Assembly (NCBI GenBank): GCA_964458615.1
Contig: CAYWJR010000002.1
Span: forward strand, 19,071 to 78,296
Direction of reading: 5' to 3'
Source: an uncultured Alphaproteobacteria bacterium
Lineage (GTDB): Bacteria; Pseudomonadota; Alphaproteobacteria; SHNJ01
DNA length: 59,226 nt
The notes beneath the pieces were generated by a model, which worked only from the letters and a program-made list of their open reading frames with translations, did not search any database and was not told where the DNA came from. Position 1 is the stretch's first letter. The number at the start of each line of letters is the position of its first letter. Positions 18,076 to 28,091 of this stretch are shown here, one piece after another. Both the position numbers and the translations under genes were made by a program.

Positions 18076-19911
18076 ATGCTTTCGATTCAAGAGATTACAT
18101 ACCGCGTGGGCGGGCGCACATTGCTGGATAATGTTACGGTTAACATTCCATCAGGGCACCGTATCGGCCTGATCGGGCCAAACGGCGCGGGCAAAACCAC
18201 TTTATTTAAACTGATTTCCGGCGAATTGTCGCCAGATGGCGGAAAAATATCGCAAATCAAAAATTCCACAATCGGCATCGTCCGTCAGGATTTTCCGGAT
18301 TTAGAAAAACCGATTATCGATGTAGTTCTGGCCGCCGATACTGAACGCGCCGCATTGCTGCTCGAGGCGGAAACAACCGAAGACATGAATCGCATCGGCG
18401 ATATTTACGACCGGCTGAATGAAATTGGCGCGTATGACGCCCCTTCCCGCGCCGCAACGATTCTGGCCGGGCTTGGATTCGATGAAGAAGCGCAAAGCAA
18501 ACCGATTTCGTTTTATTCCGGCGGCTGGCGCGCGCGGGTGGCGTTGGCCGCGGTATTGTTCCAACAACCCAATATTCTATTGTTGGACGAACCGACCAAC
18601 CATTTGGATTTTGAATCATTAATCTGGCTGGAAAGTTTTTTGGCGCGGTACCGGGAAACATTGGTAATCATCAGCCATGACCGCGATATTTTGAATAAAA
18701 CCGTCACGCATATTTTGCATCTGGAAAAACAAAAACTGGTTTCCTATACCGGCACATACGACCAGTTCGAAAAAACCCGCGCCGAAAGATTGATGGGTCA
18801 ACAGGCGTTGCACGAAAAACAAATGGCGGCCAAGGCGCACATGATGAAATTCGTCGACCGTTTCCGCGCCAAAGCCAGCAAGGCGCGCCAGGCGCAAAGC
18901 CGCCTGAAAGCCATTGAACGCATGGATATTGTCGACGCCGTTATCGCCGACCGCGTCACCGCATTTACATTTCCCGATCCCGGCGATTTAAAATCGCCGT
19001 TGATCCAGTTAGATCACGTCGATGCAGGTTACGAACCCGGAAAACCGATTTTGAAAAATTTGAATTTCAGCATCGATGGCGGCGACCGCATCGCATTGCT
19101 GGGCGCGAACGGCAACGGTAAATCGACATTGGTCAAATTATTGTCCGACCGTCTGCCGCCGCTTGCGGGCGATATTGTCAAATCCGGCAAATTGAAAATC
19201 GGTTACTTCGCCCAATTCCAAACGGATGAATTGGATGTGAATGAAACCCCTTTTCAAACCATGCAACAAACCATGAAAGAACCGTCCGAAGTAAAAGTGC
19301 GCAGCGCATTGTATAAATTCGGTTTCGACAAACAAAAGGCAGACACCAAGGTCGGCGAGCTGTCGGGCGGCGAAAAAGCCAGATTGCTGTTTTGTTTGAT
19401 GAGCCATCACGCGCCGCATATCATGTTATTGGACGAACCAACAAACCATTTGGATATGGATGCGCGCGAGGCATTGATTCAGGCGTTGAACAGTTATAAC
19501 GGCGCTATTATTTTGGTCAGTCACGATCCGCATTTGATCGAATGCGTCGCCGACCAATTATGGGTTGTCGCGGACGGCAAATGCAAACCTTTCGACGGCG
19601 ATTTGGACGAATACCGCCAACATGTCATACGCCAGCGCCGCGGCGAAAAAGAAAACGGAAAAAAAGAAACCAATCCCGCAAAGAAATCGCAGAAAAAATC
19701 GTCCGATCCGGCCAAAGAAGCGGCACGTTTAGAAGAACGCATCGCCACATTGACCCAGCAAAAAGATAAAATAGAAGACGACATCGCCGTGTGTTGCAGC
19801 AACGGTTCCGATCCAGGCCAGCTGGCGCAATTGAACGCAGCCTATACGAAATTGCAAACCGATATTGCCGCCGCCGAAACCGAATTGGCGTCCGTCATAG
19901 AAGAATTATAA
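18076..19911 (+). CDS. ABC-F family ATPase (YheS-like)
   Basis: Two NBDs (GPNGAGKT/GANGNGKS, SGGWRAR/LSGGEKAR, LLDEPTNHLD), no TM segments, C-terminal coiled coil. Confidence 0.95.
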   Translation: MLSIQEITYRVGGRTLLDNVTVNIPSGHRIGLIGPNGAGKTTLFKLISGELSPDGGKISQIKNSTIGIVRQDFPDLEKPIIDVVLAADTERAALLLEAETTEDMNRIGDIYDRLNEIGAYDAPSRAATILAGLGFDEEAQSKPISFYSGGWRARVALAAVLFQQPNILLLDEPTNHLDFESLIWLESFLARYRETLVIISHDRDILNKTVTHILHLEKQKLVSYTGTYDQFEKTRAERLMGQQALHEKQMAAKAHMMKFVDRFRAKASKARQAQSRLKAIERMDIVDAVIADRVTAFTFPDPGDLKSPLIQLDHVDAGYEPGKPILKNLNFSIDGGDRIALLGANGNGKSTLVKLLSDRLPPLAGDIVKSGKLKIGYFAQFQTDELDVNETPFQTMQQTMKEPSEVKVRSALYKFGFDKQKADTKVGELSGGEKARLLFCLMSHHAPHIMLLDEPTNHLDMDAREALIQALNSYNGAIILVSHDPHLIECVADQLWVVADGKCKPFDGDLDEYRQHVIRQRRGEKENGKKETNPAKKSQKKSSDPAKEAARLEERIATLTQQKDKIEDDIAVCCSNGSDPGQLAQLNAAYTKLQTDIAAAETELASVIEEL

Positions 19912-19913
19912 TT

Positions 19914-21170
19914 TTATATAACAGGCAGAACGTAATCCATCGTCGCCGCGTCCAGGCCATAATGGCGCTGTACGAACGGACGCATAAAATTATGCACCAC
20001 ATCGTCGGCATGAACATATGAATCCTGGGTCAAATGCGGATAATATCCGCGCCCGTTATTCGATGCGCCGGTTGTCATCTGGCTTTGTTCCCTGCCCACG
20101 CGTGCGCCATCGATAATAATGCACGCGCCACCAAATCCATGATCCGTTCCCAAACTGTCGTTTTGCGGCACGCGTCGGCCAAATTCGGATGTAATAACGA
20201 TCAATGAATCGCGGAATATATCTTGTCTTTGGAATTCATCCGGCGAATTTGGATCGCCGCGCAATGTTGTAATCAGTGCATTTAGCGCGTTGTCCAAATT
20301 GGCCAGGCGCGACGCGTTGCGGCCTTGGGTAGTGTGCGAATCGAAACCATCATGCATCAAACCGAACACGCGCGGCGCCGATGTGCCTTCCAATCGCGCC
20401 ATCAAACCGGCAACGGTTGCATGCGAAATGATCGCGGTATTGGCATACCAATCTTGGGTCAATTGCCCGTTGATCAATCCCATGGTTTGATTGCGCGTTG
20501 CAACACCGCGGTCGATCGAATCCACCACCACACTGTCGGATGCGTTCATACGGCGCGCCATATTGGTTACTTCGGCGCTGCTGAGCGGTAAATTGGACGG
20601 TACATAGCACGAAACATCGGAACTGCCCCGGAATACCGTTGGCACCATGCTTAGGCTGGATACGGACATCGCCGCGGTGTCGTCATAATCCGCACGGTTA
20701 TTCATCACGTTTACAAGGCGGCCTAAAAACCCGGTTGCCTGATTATTCATGTTTTCGCCGCGCGATAAATATTCCTGCATTAAAAAATGCGATTGCGAAA
20801 AATATCCGGAATGAACGGCCAAATGCGCGCTGACGCCGCCGGCATTGTATAAATCGCGGAAAAACGGCATGGCGGGATTAATGCCGATATAATCGTTTAA
20901 AAACGATGCGCCGCTGTTATTGCCGGAAACCGCCCAATTTCCGTCGATAATTTCCTGGCGGCTGATCCACATATTGCCGCGCATTTCTTGCAATCCCGTA
21001 TTGCCATATGGATTGAAAATACTAAGCGCGTCGCAACCGCCGAATAAATTGATAAAAAATATCCGTTGGCGGGTCGGAATACCGACCGCCAATAATTCCA
21101 TCGGCCGCATGGCGGCCAAAAATCCGGCGCAGCCTGCGGAATTAACGATAAATTTGCGACGATCCATCAT
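19914..21170 (-). CDS. DUF1501 family protein with Tat signal
   Basis: MMDRRKFI... Tat-like N-terminus; FINLFGGCDALS, INPAM, SHFLMQEY.. GFLGRL, GFDSHTTQ, SEFGRRV..N...GTDHG. Confidence 0.85.
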   Translation of the reverse strand: MMDRRKFIVNSAGCAGFLAAMRPMELLAVGIPTRQRIFFINLFGGCDALSIFNPYGNTGLQEMRGNMWISRQEIIDGNWAVSGNNSGASFLNDYIGINPAMPFFRDLYNAGGVSAHLAVHSGYFSQSHFLMQEYLSRGENMNNQATGFLGRLVNVMNNRADYDDTAAMSVSSLSMVPTVFRGSSDVSCYVPSNLPLSSAEVTNMARRMNASDSVVVDSIDRGVATRNQTMGLINGQLTQDWYANTAIISHATVAGLMARLEGTSAPRVFGLMHDGFDSHTTQGRNASRLANLDNALNALITTLRGDPNSPDEFQRQDIFRDSLIVITSEFGRRVPQNDSLGTDHGFGGACIIIDGARVGREQSQMTTGASNNGRGYYPHLTQDSYVHADDVVHNFMRPFVQRHYGLDAATMDYVLPVI

Positions 21171-21182
21171 TTTGTTTCTCCA

Positions 21183-22871
21183 TTACCGCTTTAGAATTGC
21201 AGGCGACAAAAGCATTGCGGTGATGACATCGCCGACCGCCGTATTGCGTTCCGGGTTCATCATCGTCTCGATTTCCAATCTGGCCGGGTGGCGTATCATA
21301 TTCAAATAATCGCGCATGCCGGTTTCGTAATACAAAACAGTAGCATCGGGAAATAACGGCGCCAAGGTGTTGACCGCCATGTTGCGCAGCATATCGATAC
21401 GCGCCAACATGCTGGTGGGCGATATCAACCGTTCCGGCGTATTGAAATATCCTTCGACCGTCGGGGCATTGTTTAAAAAATGCCGCATTTCTATCGCCAT
21501 GTCTTTCATCGCGCGCAATTTATTGCGCAAATCGGTATCGGTAAACACGTCGCCATTGGGATTGATGACATTGCCCATGCGGTAAACCGATCCGATCAAT
21601 TCCTCGCCGGTTTTGAATTTAGATCCATGCATCGGGGTATCGACGATCCAACGCACCACTGTTCTGTACAATTCCGCCAAATCGCCGTCGGTACGGTTAT
21701 AGGTCGCGATCATATCGTCGACGATATTTTGCGGCGGCGTTTGTCCGAAATACCATTTGGCGATACGTGTGCAAATTCCAATCGCCGTTTGCGGGTGCGA
21801 TGCGACGAAATTTAAAAAACTATCGATCGCTTGATCCGCATCCCAAATTTCATATCTTGGATAATTCCAGGTTCTGGCCAATGCGCCATGGCCCAAGGTA
21901 AATTGATGCGGGCCGTTGGTGCGATTGTTAAACATATCGAACCGGTATGTGCCGATGCGGTTATACCGTTCCTGACGTTGTTGTTGGGTCAAACCGGCCA
22001 ATTGGTAATCGCGCGCGCCAGCACCGTAAACATCCACATAACGCATGCCGGTCAGCAAACGGGCGACAAACGCAACTTCGGCAGGTCCATAAGTATTGGT
22101 TCCGGCAGGAACATTGAATGTGTGCAATTCCAACAATTCGCGCGCGTAATTTTCGTTTGGATTGGTATATGTGTTGGTTTCGCCATTTAAAAACATCAAC
22201 ATTTCCGGGCTTTTGGCGACACTGCGCAACAGATCGGAAAATTTACGCAACGAATTCGGCGCGATGACATTATATGTATAATGCGCGCGTTGCGGCAACA
22301 ACCCTTCGCCAATGACGATTTCGGTATCGGCGAACGATATGGCCATAATATTATTCAGGCACAAAACCCACGACAACAAGGCCGGCTTTGTAGTACTGGC
22401 CAAAGCCTTGTAATGTTTTAATTGCTCGTCTTCGACAACGCGGGCATATGTTTCGCGTAAAATCAAAAAATAATCCGGATCTTCGGGTTTTAGGCGGCGT
22501 TCTATGAATAAATTATGATAACGCTGCATCATGCCGCCCCAGGTCAGGAAATTCCCGAAATCGCCCGGCGTATAACTGGCTTGGTTCAAAAGCCATGATA
22601 AAACTTGCTGTCTTTGATTGCCGTTTTGCGCACTGTTTCTGATGGCGGCTATGTCGTGAATACTGGGACTTAATCCCATTTTATTTGCGGCATAGAATGC
22701 ATTGCCCAAAACAGATGTATTGGCGCGGCGCAATGCGTCGTACATTTTGCGCGTTCTTCGAACCGTGACTTTATTTTCAATTCGTTTGGCGGCGGCGGCG
22801 CCCATGACTTTGCGGGCGGGCGCGCTCTGAGAAAAGACCCTTAATGCTTCGTCTGATGGATTGTACCGCAT
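21183..22871 (-). CDS. DUF1800 family protein
   Basis: P.MLMFLN..N...PNENYARELLELHT, YG..EV..VARLLTG, L..VASHPQTA..IC.RIAK.Y, TDGDL; GGAGA RBS before ATG 22871. Confidence 0.88.
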   Translation of the reverse strand: MRYNPSDEALRVFSQSAPARKVMGAAAAKRIENKVTVRRTRKMYDALRRANTSVLGNAFYAANKMGLSPSIHDIAAIRNSAQNGNQRQQVLSWLLNQASYTPGDFGNFLTWGGMMQRYHNLFIERRLKPEDPDYFLILRETYARVVEDEQLKHYKALASTTKPALLSWVLCLNNIMAISFADTEIVIGEGLLPQRAHYTYNVIAPNSLRKFSDLLRSVAKSPEMLMFLNGETNTYTNPNENYARELLELHTFNVPAGTNTYGPAEVAFVARLLTGMRYVDVYGAGARDYQLAGLTQQQRQERYNRIGTYRFDMFNNRTNGPHQFTLGHGALARTWNYPRYEIWDADQAIDSFLNFVASHPQTAIGICTRIAKWYFGQTPPQNIVDDMIATYNRTDGDLAELYRTVVRWIVDTPMHGSKFKTGEELIGSVYRMGNVINPNGDVFTDTDLRNKLRAMKDMAIEMRHFLNNAPTVEGYFNTPERLISPTSMLARIDMLRNMAVNTLAPLFPDATVLYYETGMRDYLNMIRHPARLEIETMMNPERNTAVGDVITAMLLSPAILKR

Positions 22872-23076
22872 TATTTCTTCTCCGTTTCCCCGCATCAACT
22901 ATATCAATAATATCCTAAAAGCTTATGATTTATGTCCGGCATTTGAATTGAAATGCTTTGATGCAAGACAGTCATGTATCTTTATTGTATACGATATTTG
23001 ATGGTGATTGGGGTCAATTATCAAATTAATGTGATAATTTACGATTACGAAAAAATATATTTAATTCAAATGCATA

Positions 23077-23103
23077 AAGGGCGTTGCCAATGGCAACGCC
23101 CTT
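23077..23103 (-). terminator. Intrinsic terminator after the DEAD-box helicase
   Basis: Perfect IR AAGGGCGTTGCCA-A-TGGCAACGCCCTT, 40 nt past the helicase stop. Confidence 0.75.
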
Positions 23104-23142
23104 GTATCGCAGTATTATTTCAATTCAAGCTAATGAAATAAG

Positions 23143-24843
23143 TTAACTTCTGGATGAATAACCTTGTGAACGGCTTGGTTTTTGTCCGCGCGGTCTGTCA
23201 CCGTTCGAAAATCTTTTTTTCGATCCGCCGCCCGATTTAAACCCCCCGGATTTGAAACCACCGGACTTGAAACCGCCTGGTTTCGAACCCGATTTTTTAA
23301 ATCCGCCCGGTTTACCGTCTTTGCGCGCAAAATCGCCATCGCGTTTGCCGTTATCGCGGCGTTTGGAAAAATTGCCGCGATTATCATCGCCGCCGGATTG
23401 TTTTTTCTTGTCCCAAAAATTGCGTTCTTTTGGTTGACCGGCTTTGAAATCGCGGTCTTTGAAATGGCGCGGTTTCGATTCCCCGCCCTTAAAATCACGA
23501 TCTTTAAAATTGCGATCTTTGAAATTTCTATCTTTAAAATTTCTTTCTTTCGATTCTCCGTCTTGGGAATCGCCGCGTTTTTTGAAACCCCTATCCTTGA
23601 AATTTCTGTCTTTGAAATTTCTATCTTCGGAATTTCTGCCCTTGAAATCACGGTCTTTAAAATCACGGCCTTTAAAATTGCGATCTTTGAAATTACGGCC
23701 TTTGAATCCGCGGGATTTGCCGGATTTAGATTTTGGCGCGGATTGATCGGGTGTGTATTCTTTGCCTTGAATCAAACGTTGCACAGCGCGCCATTTTGCG
23801 CCGTCTTCGGGCGTTAACAAACTAAGCGCCATGCCTTCCGCCCCTGCGCGCGCGGTGCGGCCGATGCGGTGAATATAATCTTCCGGCGATTGCGGCAAAT
23901 CATAATTGATAACATGTTCGATATGCGGAATATCCAATCCGCGCGCGGCGATGTCGGTTGCAACCAGAATGCGGAATTTCTGATCCCGGAAACTGGAAAT
24001 AACGCGATCGCGTTTGTTTTGCCGCAAATCCCCGTGAATCGCATCGGCTTTTAACGATGCGCGGTTCAATTTGTCGGCCAAACGGTCGGCGCGGTGTTTT
24101 GTTTTGACGAAAATAATTACGGAACCGTTGCGTTTTTCCAATTGCTGAACCAATTGGTCGTATTTTTCCACTTCGGTTGTATGGATCATTTCCTGTTCGA
24201 TTTTCGCAGCCGGAGTCGATGTCGATCCAACGGCAATCCGAACCGGATTGGTCAAATATTTATTCGACAACCGCACAATGCTTTCGGCCAATGTCGCGGA
24301 AAACATCATTGTTTGGCGTTCTTTTGGCAAACGGCGTACAATGGTTTCCAACTGCGCCGTGAACCCCATATCCAACATACGGTCGGTTTCATCCAGCACC
24401 AGGAAATTGGTGGATTCCAATTTCAACGTGCCCCGTTGCAAATGATCGTTCACGCGCCCTGGGGTGCCGACAACCAATTTTGGATTCATGCGCAATTGTT
24501 TGAATTGTTTGGGCATGACTTCGCCACCGATCAACAACGCGGTTTTCACCGTCTGCACCGGAATCAATTGCTGCAAAGTCGTCAATACCTGCGCCGCCAA
24601 TTCCCGGGTCGGGGTTAAAATCAATGCCGCGGAATCCGGCGATTCCATCAATTTCGCAATCAATGGGATGCCGAAAGCGGCGGTTTTTCCGGTGCCTGTT
24701 TGCGCCGATGCCAAAATGTCTTTGCCGGCCAATGCGACCGGAATCGCTTCGGCCTGAATGGGCGTCGGCGTCAAAAATTGCATCCGCGCAAGCGACTGCA
24801 ACAACTTTGGCGCAAGGCCAAAGCCAGAAAAATCCTGTGTCAT
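23143..24843 (-). CDS. DEAD-box RNA helicase with repetitive basic C-terminal tail
   Basis: Q motif TPIQAEAIP, AQTGTGKT, PTRELA, variant LDETDRMLDMGF, SAT, YIHRIGRTARAG; ATG 24843 after AGGA RBS. Confidence 0.95.
   Translation of the reverse strand: MTQDFSGFGLAPKLLQSLARMQFLTPTPIQAEAIPVALAGKDILASAQTGTGKTAAFGIPLIAKLMESPDSAALILTPTRELAAQVLTTLQQLIPVQTVKTALLIGGEVMPKQFKQLRMNPKLVVGTPGRVNDHLQRGTLKLESTNFLVLDETDRMLDMGFTAQLETIVRRLPKERQTMMFSATLAESIVRLSNKYLTNPVRIAVGSTSTPAAKIEQEMIHTTEVEKYDQLVQQLEKRNGSVIIFVKTKHRADRLADKLNRASLKADAIHGDLRQNKRDRVISSFRDQKFRILVATDIAARGLDIPHIEHVINYDLPQSPEDYIHRIGRTARAGAEGMALSLLTPEDGAKWRAVQRLIQGKEYTPDQSAPKSKSGKSRGFKGRNFKDRNFKGRDFKDRDFKGRNSEDRNFKDRNFKDRGFKKRGDSQDGESKERNFKDRNFKDRNFKDRDFKGGESKPRHFKDRDFKAGQPKERNFWDKKKQSGGDDNRGNFSKRRDNGKRDGDFARKDGKPGGFKKSGSKPGGFKSGGFKSGGFKSGGGSKKRFSNGDRPRGQKPSRSQGYSSRS
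23416..23706 (-). repeat. Coding 15-bp (pentapeptide F-K-D/G-R-N/D) tandem repeats
   Basis: FKGRN FKDRN FKGRD FKDRD FKGRN SEDRN FKDRN FKDRG ... SKERN FKDRN FKDRN FKDRD ... FKDRD ... PKERN F; followed by GGFKS x3 near 23240-23285. Confidence 0.9.
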
Positions 24844-24930
24844 ATAATATCCTAAATATCGGCAATGACGTGCGCAAGCCGTTTGCTTTCGCAACGACTA
24901 CGCACCCGTCTGTTTTGCCTTAATTGTTTG

Positions 24931-25143
24931 TTAGGCGGCTTCGGCCAACTGCAAATTCGCAGCCGAAGTTTTGCCATTGGTGGTTGCCAATTCATAGCTG
25001 ACCGCTTGGCCTTCGCGCAATTCGCGCAAACCGGCGCGTTCCAACGCGGTGATGTGAACGAACACATCGGATCCACCTTGATCCGGTTGAATAAAGCCAT
25101 AACCTTTAACGCTGTTGAACCATTTTACTTTACCTGTAGCCAT
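24931..25143 (-). CDS. cspA: Cold-shock protein
   Basis: MATGKVKWFNSVKGYGFIQPDQGGSDVFVHITA (RNP1/RNP2). Confidence 0.97.
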   Translation of the reverse strand: MATGKVKWFNSVKGYGFIQPDQGGSDVFVHITALERAGLRELREGQAVSYELATTNGKTSAANLQLAEAA

Positions 25144-25460
25144 AGTACTTTCCTTTATTATGAACGTTTGTTTTTGCCGGAATGGCGAAAACTTCCCTTG
25201 AGCATAGCGCTAAACCAGCGGATTCTGTCATACGAATCCAGGTCGTAAACTCTTAGGCAAGCGCGGGGGGAAAGGACAGCATAAGCTACTTTCAACGACA
25301 ATGCGGAAAGGCTTTGTTTAAAGTCCTTATAGGCAAGTATCGGCCGACAAGCGGCACAAGCAAAAGCGTAGAGTTATCTAAACTCGCCCGCAATGTACCC
25401 AACAATCCCGTAAATAGCAAGCTTTAAAGGAAAATTACCCTGCCAATCGGCGGTTTGTGG

Positions 25461-26759
25461 TTATTTGGGCGAATTGGGCACCAATTTGCGCACATAAACC
25501 GCGACAATCACGCTGATTGCCGATGTAATCAGAAATATTTGCGGCACGGTAAATTCGTACGCCAACAACCCCGCCATGAACAAAGACGCCAAAACCATAA
25601 ATACCGCGTTAACCACATTATTTGCGGCGACTATGCGGGCGCGATTGTCCGCCGCGCTGGATGATTGCAAAATGGCGTATAATGGCACGCTGAAAATTCC
25701 GCCCGATACCGCCAACATAAACATGGATGCGATAATTGCCCAACTTTTGCCATAGGCCATAAATTCCATAATCGTGTGTATATTTTCACTATGGCTATAA
25801 CCGGCGCTGAAAAAATAAATTAAAAATCCGAATAACGCCATGCCGAATGCCCCTCCGGGAACATATTTCGCGCTGATTTCCGCGTGCAACAAACGGTGGC
25901 ACCATAACGAACCAACCGCGATGCCGATCGAAAACGTCGCCATAAACAATGTCGCCAGTTCGCCATCGGCGCGCAAAACATTTTTGACATAATTGGGGAA
26001 CATCGACAAAAACACCGATCCCACGAACCAAAGCCAGGAAATGCCCAATATCGACCGGTACAGGCGTTTATTCGCGCATGCCACACGGACGATCGGCAAA
26101 CTGGCGCGCACGATATTGAAATTGATTTCAATATCCGGGCTGGCCGCCGGTAGGGATTGGATTTTATAACTCAGCGCCCATGCGGCGATCGCCAATCCCA
26201 CCAGCAACGCCGCGACATATTCCGGCCCGTCATTTTGCATCACCAACAATCCGCCGCAAATCGAACCCAGCAAAATCGCAACGAATGTCCCCGCTTCTAT
26301 GTAACCGTTGGCGGCGATCAATTCATCCTGATGCAACAATTCAGGCAAAAGGCTGAATTTGATCGGCCCGAAAAACGCCGATTGCGCGCCCAATAAGAAC
26401 AGCATAACCATCATTGCATATGGGTTCGCGGCAATCAGGGAATATCCCGCACCCGCCACGAGAAATATTTCAATTAATTTAATGCGGCGGGTTAAAAACG
26501 GCTTTTCATATTTGTCCGCCAATTGCCCGGCTGTCGCTGAAAACAAAAAATACGGCAGAATAAAAATTCCGCCCGCCAGCGAAACCAACATCGCGCTGTC
26601 GATTCCGATTTTATCCGATAAAACGAATGTGACATAAATCAACAATGCGTTGCGGTACACATTGTCGGAAAATGCGCCGATAAATTGCACGGCGAATAAA
26701 GGCCAAAAACGCGGACTTAGAAACAGGCCATTTTTTTCTTTTGCAACCGATTGTGACAT
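25461..26759 (-). CDS. MFS transporter, LplT/Aas-MFS (lysophospholipid transporter)-like
   Basis: F..VQFIGAFSDN.Y.N, FILPYFLFSA.AGQLADKYEK, QSAFFGP.K...LPE.L...EL..ANG..EAGTF.AIL.G, R.R..AANN..NA. Confidence 0.85.
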   Translation of the reverse strand: MSQSVAKEKNGLFLSPRFWPLFAVQFIGAFSDNVYRNALLIYVTFVLSDKIGIDSAMLVSLAGGIFILPYFLFSATAGQLADKYEKPFLTRRIKLIEIFLVAGAGYSLIAANPYAMMVMLFLLGAQSAFFGPIKFSLLPELLHQDELIAANGYIEAGTFVAILLGSICGGLLVMQNDGPEYVAALLVGLAIAAWALSYKIQSLPAASPDIEINFNIVRASLPIVRVACANKRLYRSILGISWLWFVGSVFLSMFPNYVKNVLRADGELATLFMATFSIGIAVGSLWCHRLLHAEISAKYVPGGAFGMALFGFLIYFFSAGYSHSENIHTIMEFMAYGKSWAIIASMFMLAVSGGIFSVPLYAILQSSSAADNRARIVAANNVVNAVFMVLASLFMAGLLAYEFTVPQIFLITSAISVIVAVYVRKLVPNSPK

Positions 26760-26885
26760 GTATTAACCATAAGAATGCAACAGGCAATAGTCAAACATGA
26801 TCCCATGTTTTCACATTGAAAATTATGCCCGCCTATGCCATAGGGTTAAATAATTCAGTAAACCGCAGCCCGCAAGGAGATGCCC

Positions 26886-27245
26886 ATGCCCTATGTCGAT
26901 GGATTTGTATTGTGCGTTCCAAAGAAAAAATTGAAAAATTACCGTCAAATCGCCCTGAAGGCCGGAAAGTTATGGCGCGAGCACGGCGCATTGCAATATT
27001 GGGAATGCGCTGGCGACGATTTGAACGTTAAGTTCGGCATCCCGTTTCCAAAATTGGCGAAACCGAAAAACGGCGAAACGGTATTTTTTTCCTGGATTGT
27101 TTTTAAATCCCGCGCGCACCGCGACCGCGTCAACAAAGCCGTCATGAAAGACAAACGCATGGCGCAAATGATGGATCCAAAATCCATGCCGTTCGATTGC
27201 AACCGGATCAGTTATGGCGGATTCAAACCCATAATAAATTTATAA
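26886..27245 (+). CDS. DUF1428 (YbaA) family protein
   Basis: YVDGFVL.VP, W.EHGAL.Y.EC.GDD, ETV.FSWI...SR..RD..N..VM.D, MPFD..R..YGGF; AGGAGA RBS. Confidence 0.9.
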   Translation: MPYVDGFVLCVPKKKLKNYRQIALKAGKLWREHGALQYWECAGDDLNVKFGIPFPKLAKPKNGETVFFSWIVFKSRAHRDRVNKAVMKDKRMAQMMDPKSMPFDCNRISYGGFKPIINL

Positions 27246-27272
27246 GAATCATTATTTTAGAAAGAAACGCGA

Positions 27273-27494
27273 ATGGATGACATTATCATCAAAGATTCGA
27301 ACGGAAACATATTGAAAGAAGGCGATACCGTTCTGGTTATCAAAGATCTAAAAGTAAAAGGATCTTCGTCCGTGGTTAAACGCGGCACCAAGGCCGCGAA
27401 TATCCGCCTGTGTTCGGATGCGCGGCATATCGAATCCAGCAGCAAAGAAGTCAAAGGATTGATGCTGGACGCCAGTTTTTTAAAGAAAGTTTAA
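27273..27494 (+). CDS. phnA: PhnA/YjdM C-terminal-domain-only protein
   Basis: KDSNGN.L.EGDTV.VIKDLKVKGSS..VKRGTK..NIRL, FLKK; lacks the N-terminal Zn ribbon. Confidence 0.75.
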   Translation: MDDIIIKDSNGNILKEGDTVLVIKDLKVKGSSSVVKRGTKAANIRLCSDARHIESSSKEVKGLMLDASFLKKV

Positions 27495-27523
27495 AAAAAG
27501 CCCTGCGCGATGCGGGGCTTTTT
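27494..27523. terminator. Bidirectional intrinsic terminator
   Basis: AAAAAAAGCCCTGC-GCGAT-GCGGGGCTTTTT between the convergent phnA and ohr genes. Confidence 0.75.
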
Positions 27524-27556
27524 AATTTTTGCCAGCAACTAATTCCAGCAATTAAT

Positions 27557-27997
27557 TTATGCGGCGCGTTTTGCGGATTCTTTGCCGTTTACTTGCAATG
27601 TAACCGGAATATTGCCGCGCGTTGCCTTGGAATACGGGCAAAATTGATGCGCGGCGTGAACCAAACTTTCGGCCGCGGCGTGATCCATTCCGGGAATTTC
27701 AACGTTCAAAGTCACCGCCAGCGAAAATCCATCGTCGCCCTGATTCAAACTGACCGACGAATTGATGGTGGCATTGTCAGCCGATTGACCTTGTTGGCGC
27801 GCAATATATGCCAATGCGCCGCCGAAACACGCCGCGTAACCGCATGCGAATAATTGTTCGGGATTGGTCGTGCCGGGTTTTGCGTTGGGTGCGCCGGGCG
27901 AAGCCAATTGAAAACGCAGCGCGCCATCGGTTGTTTCGGATACGCCGTTGCGTCCGCCGGTCGATTTGGCCTGTGCTGTATATAATGTTTTTGTCAT
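27557..27997 (-). CDS. ohr: Organic hydroperoxide resistance protein
   Basis: LYTAQA.STGGRNG, GTTNPEQLFACGYAACF, AHQFCPYSKATRGNI; GGAG RBS before ATG 27997. Confidence 0.95.
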   Translation of the reverse strand: MTKTLYTAQAKSTGGRNGVSETTDGALRFQLASPGAPNAKPGTTNPEQLFACGYAACFGGALAYIARQQGQSADNATINSSVSLNQGDDGFSLAVTLNVEIPGMDHAAAESLVHAAHQFCPYSKATRGNIPVTLQVNGKESAKRAA

Positions 27998-28046
27998 ATC
28001 AATCTCCGTTGCGTGATTATTGAAAACTGGGTTATCATACCGATTC

Positions 28047-28066
28047 ATCGTATAAATTCATACGAT
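28047..28066. promoter_or_regulatory. Candidate operator in the ohr/pirin divergent promoter
   Basis: Inverted repeat ATCGTAT-N6-ATACGAT. Confidence 0.4.
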
Positions 28067-28091
28067 TTTAATATTACAAATTAATGGCTAT

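Noticed and set aside
23130-23817. CRISPR-like array or overlapping genes (23130-23666 -, 23182-23817 +, 23444-23746 +)
   Set aside because: The repeats are contiguous 15-mers with no unique spacers and no cas genes. The extra ORFs arise because the repeat unit lacks stops in other frames.
25424-25438. TTAA-N7-TTAC box, and the TTAACCAT half-site at 26763
   Set aside because: Single weak matches in AT-rich DNA before genes with no known CtrA link.
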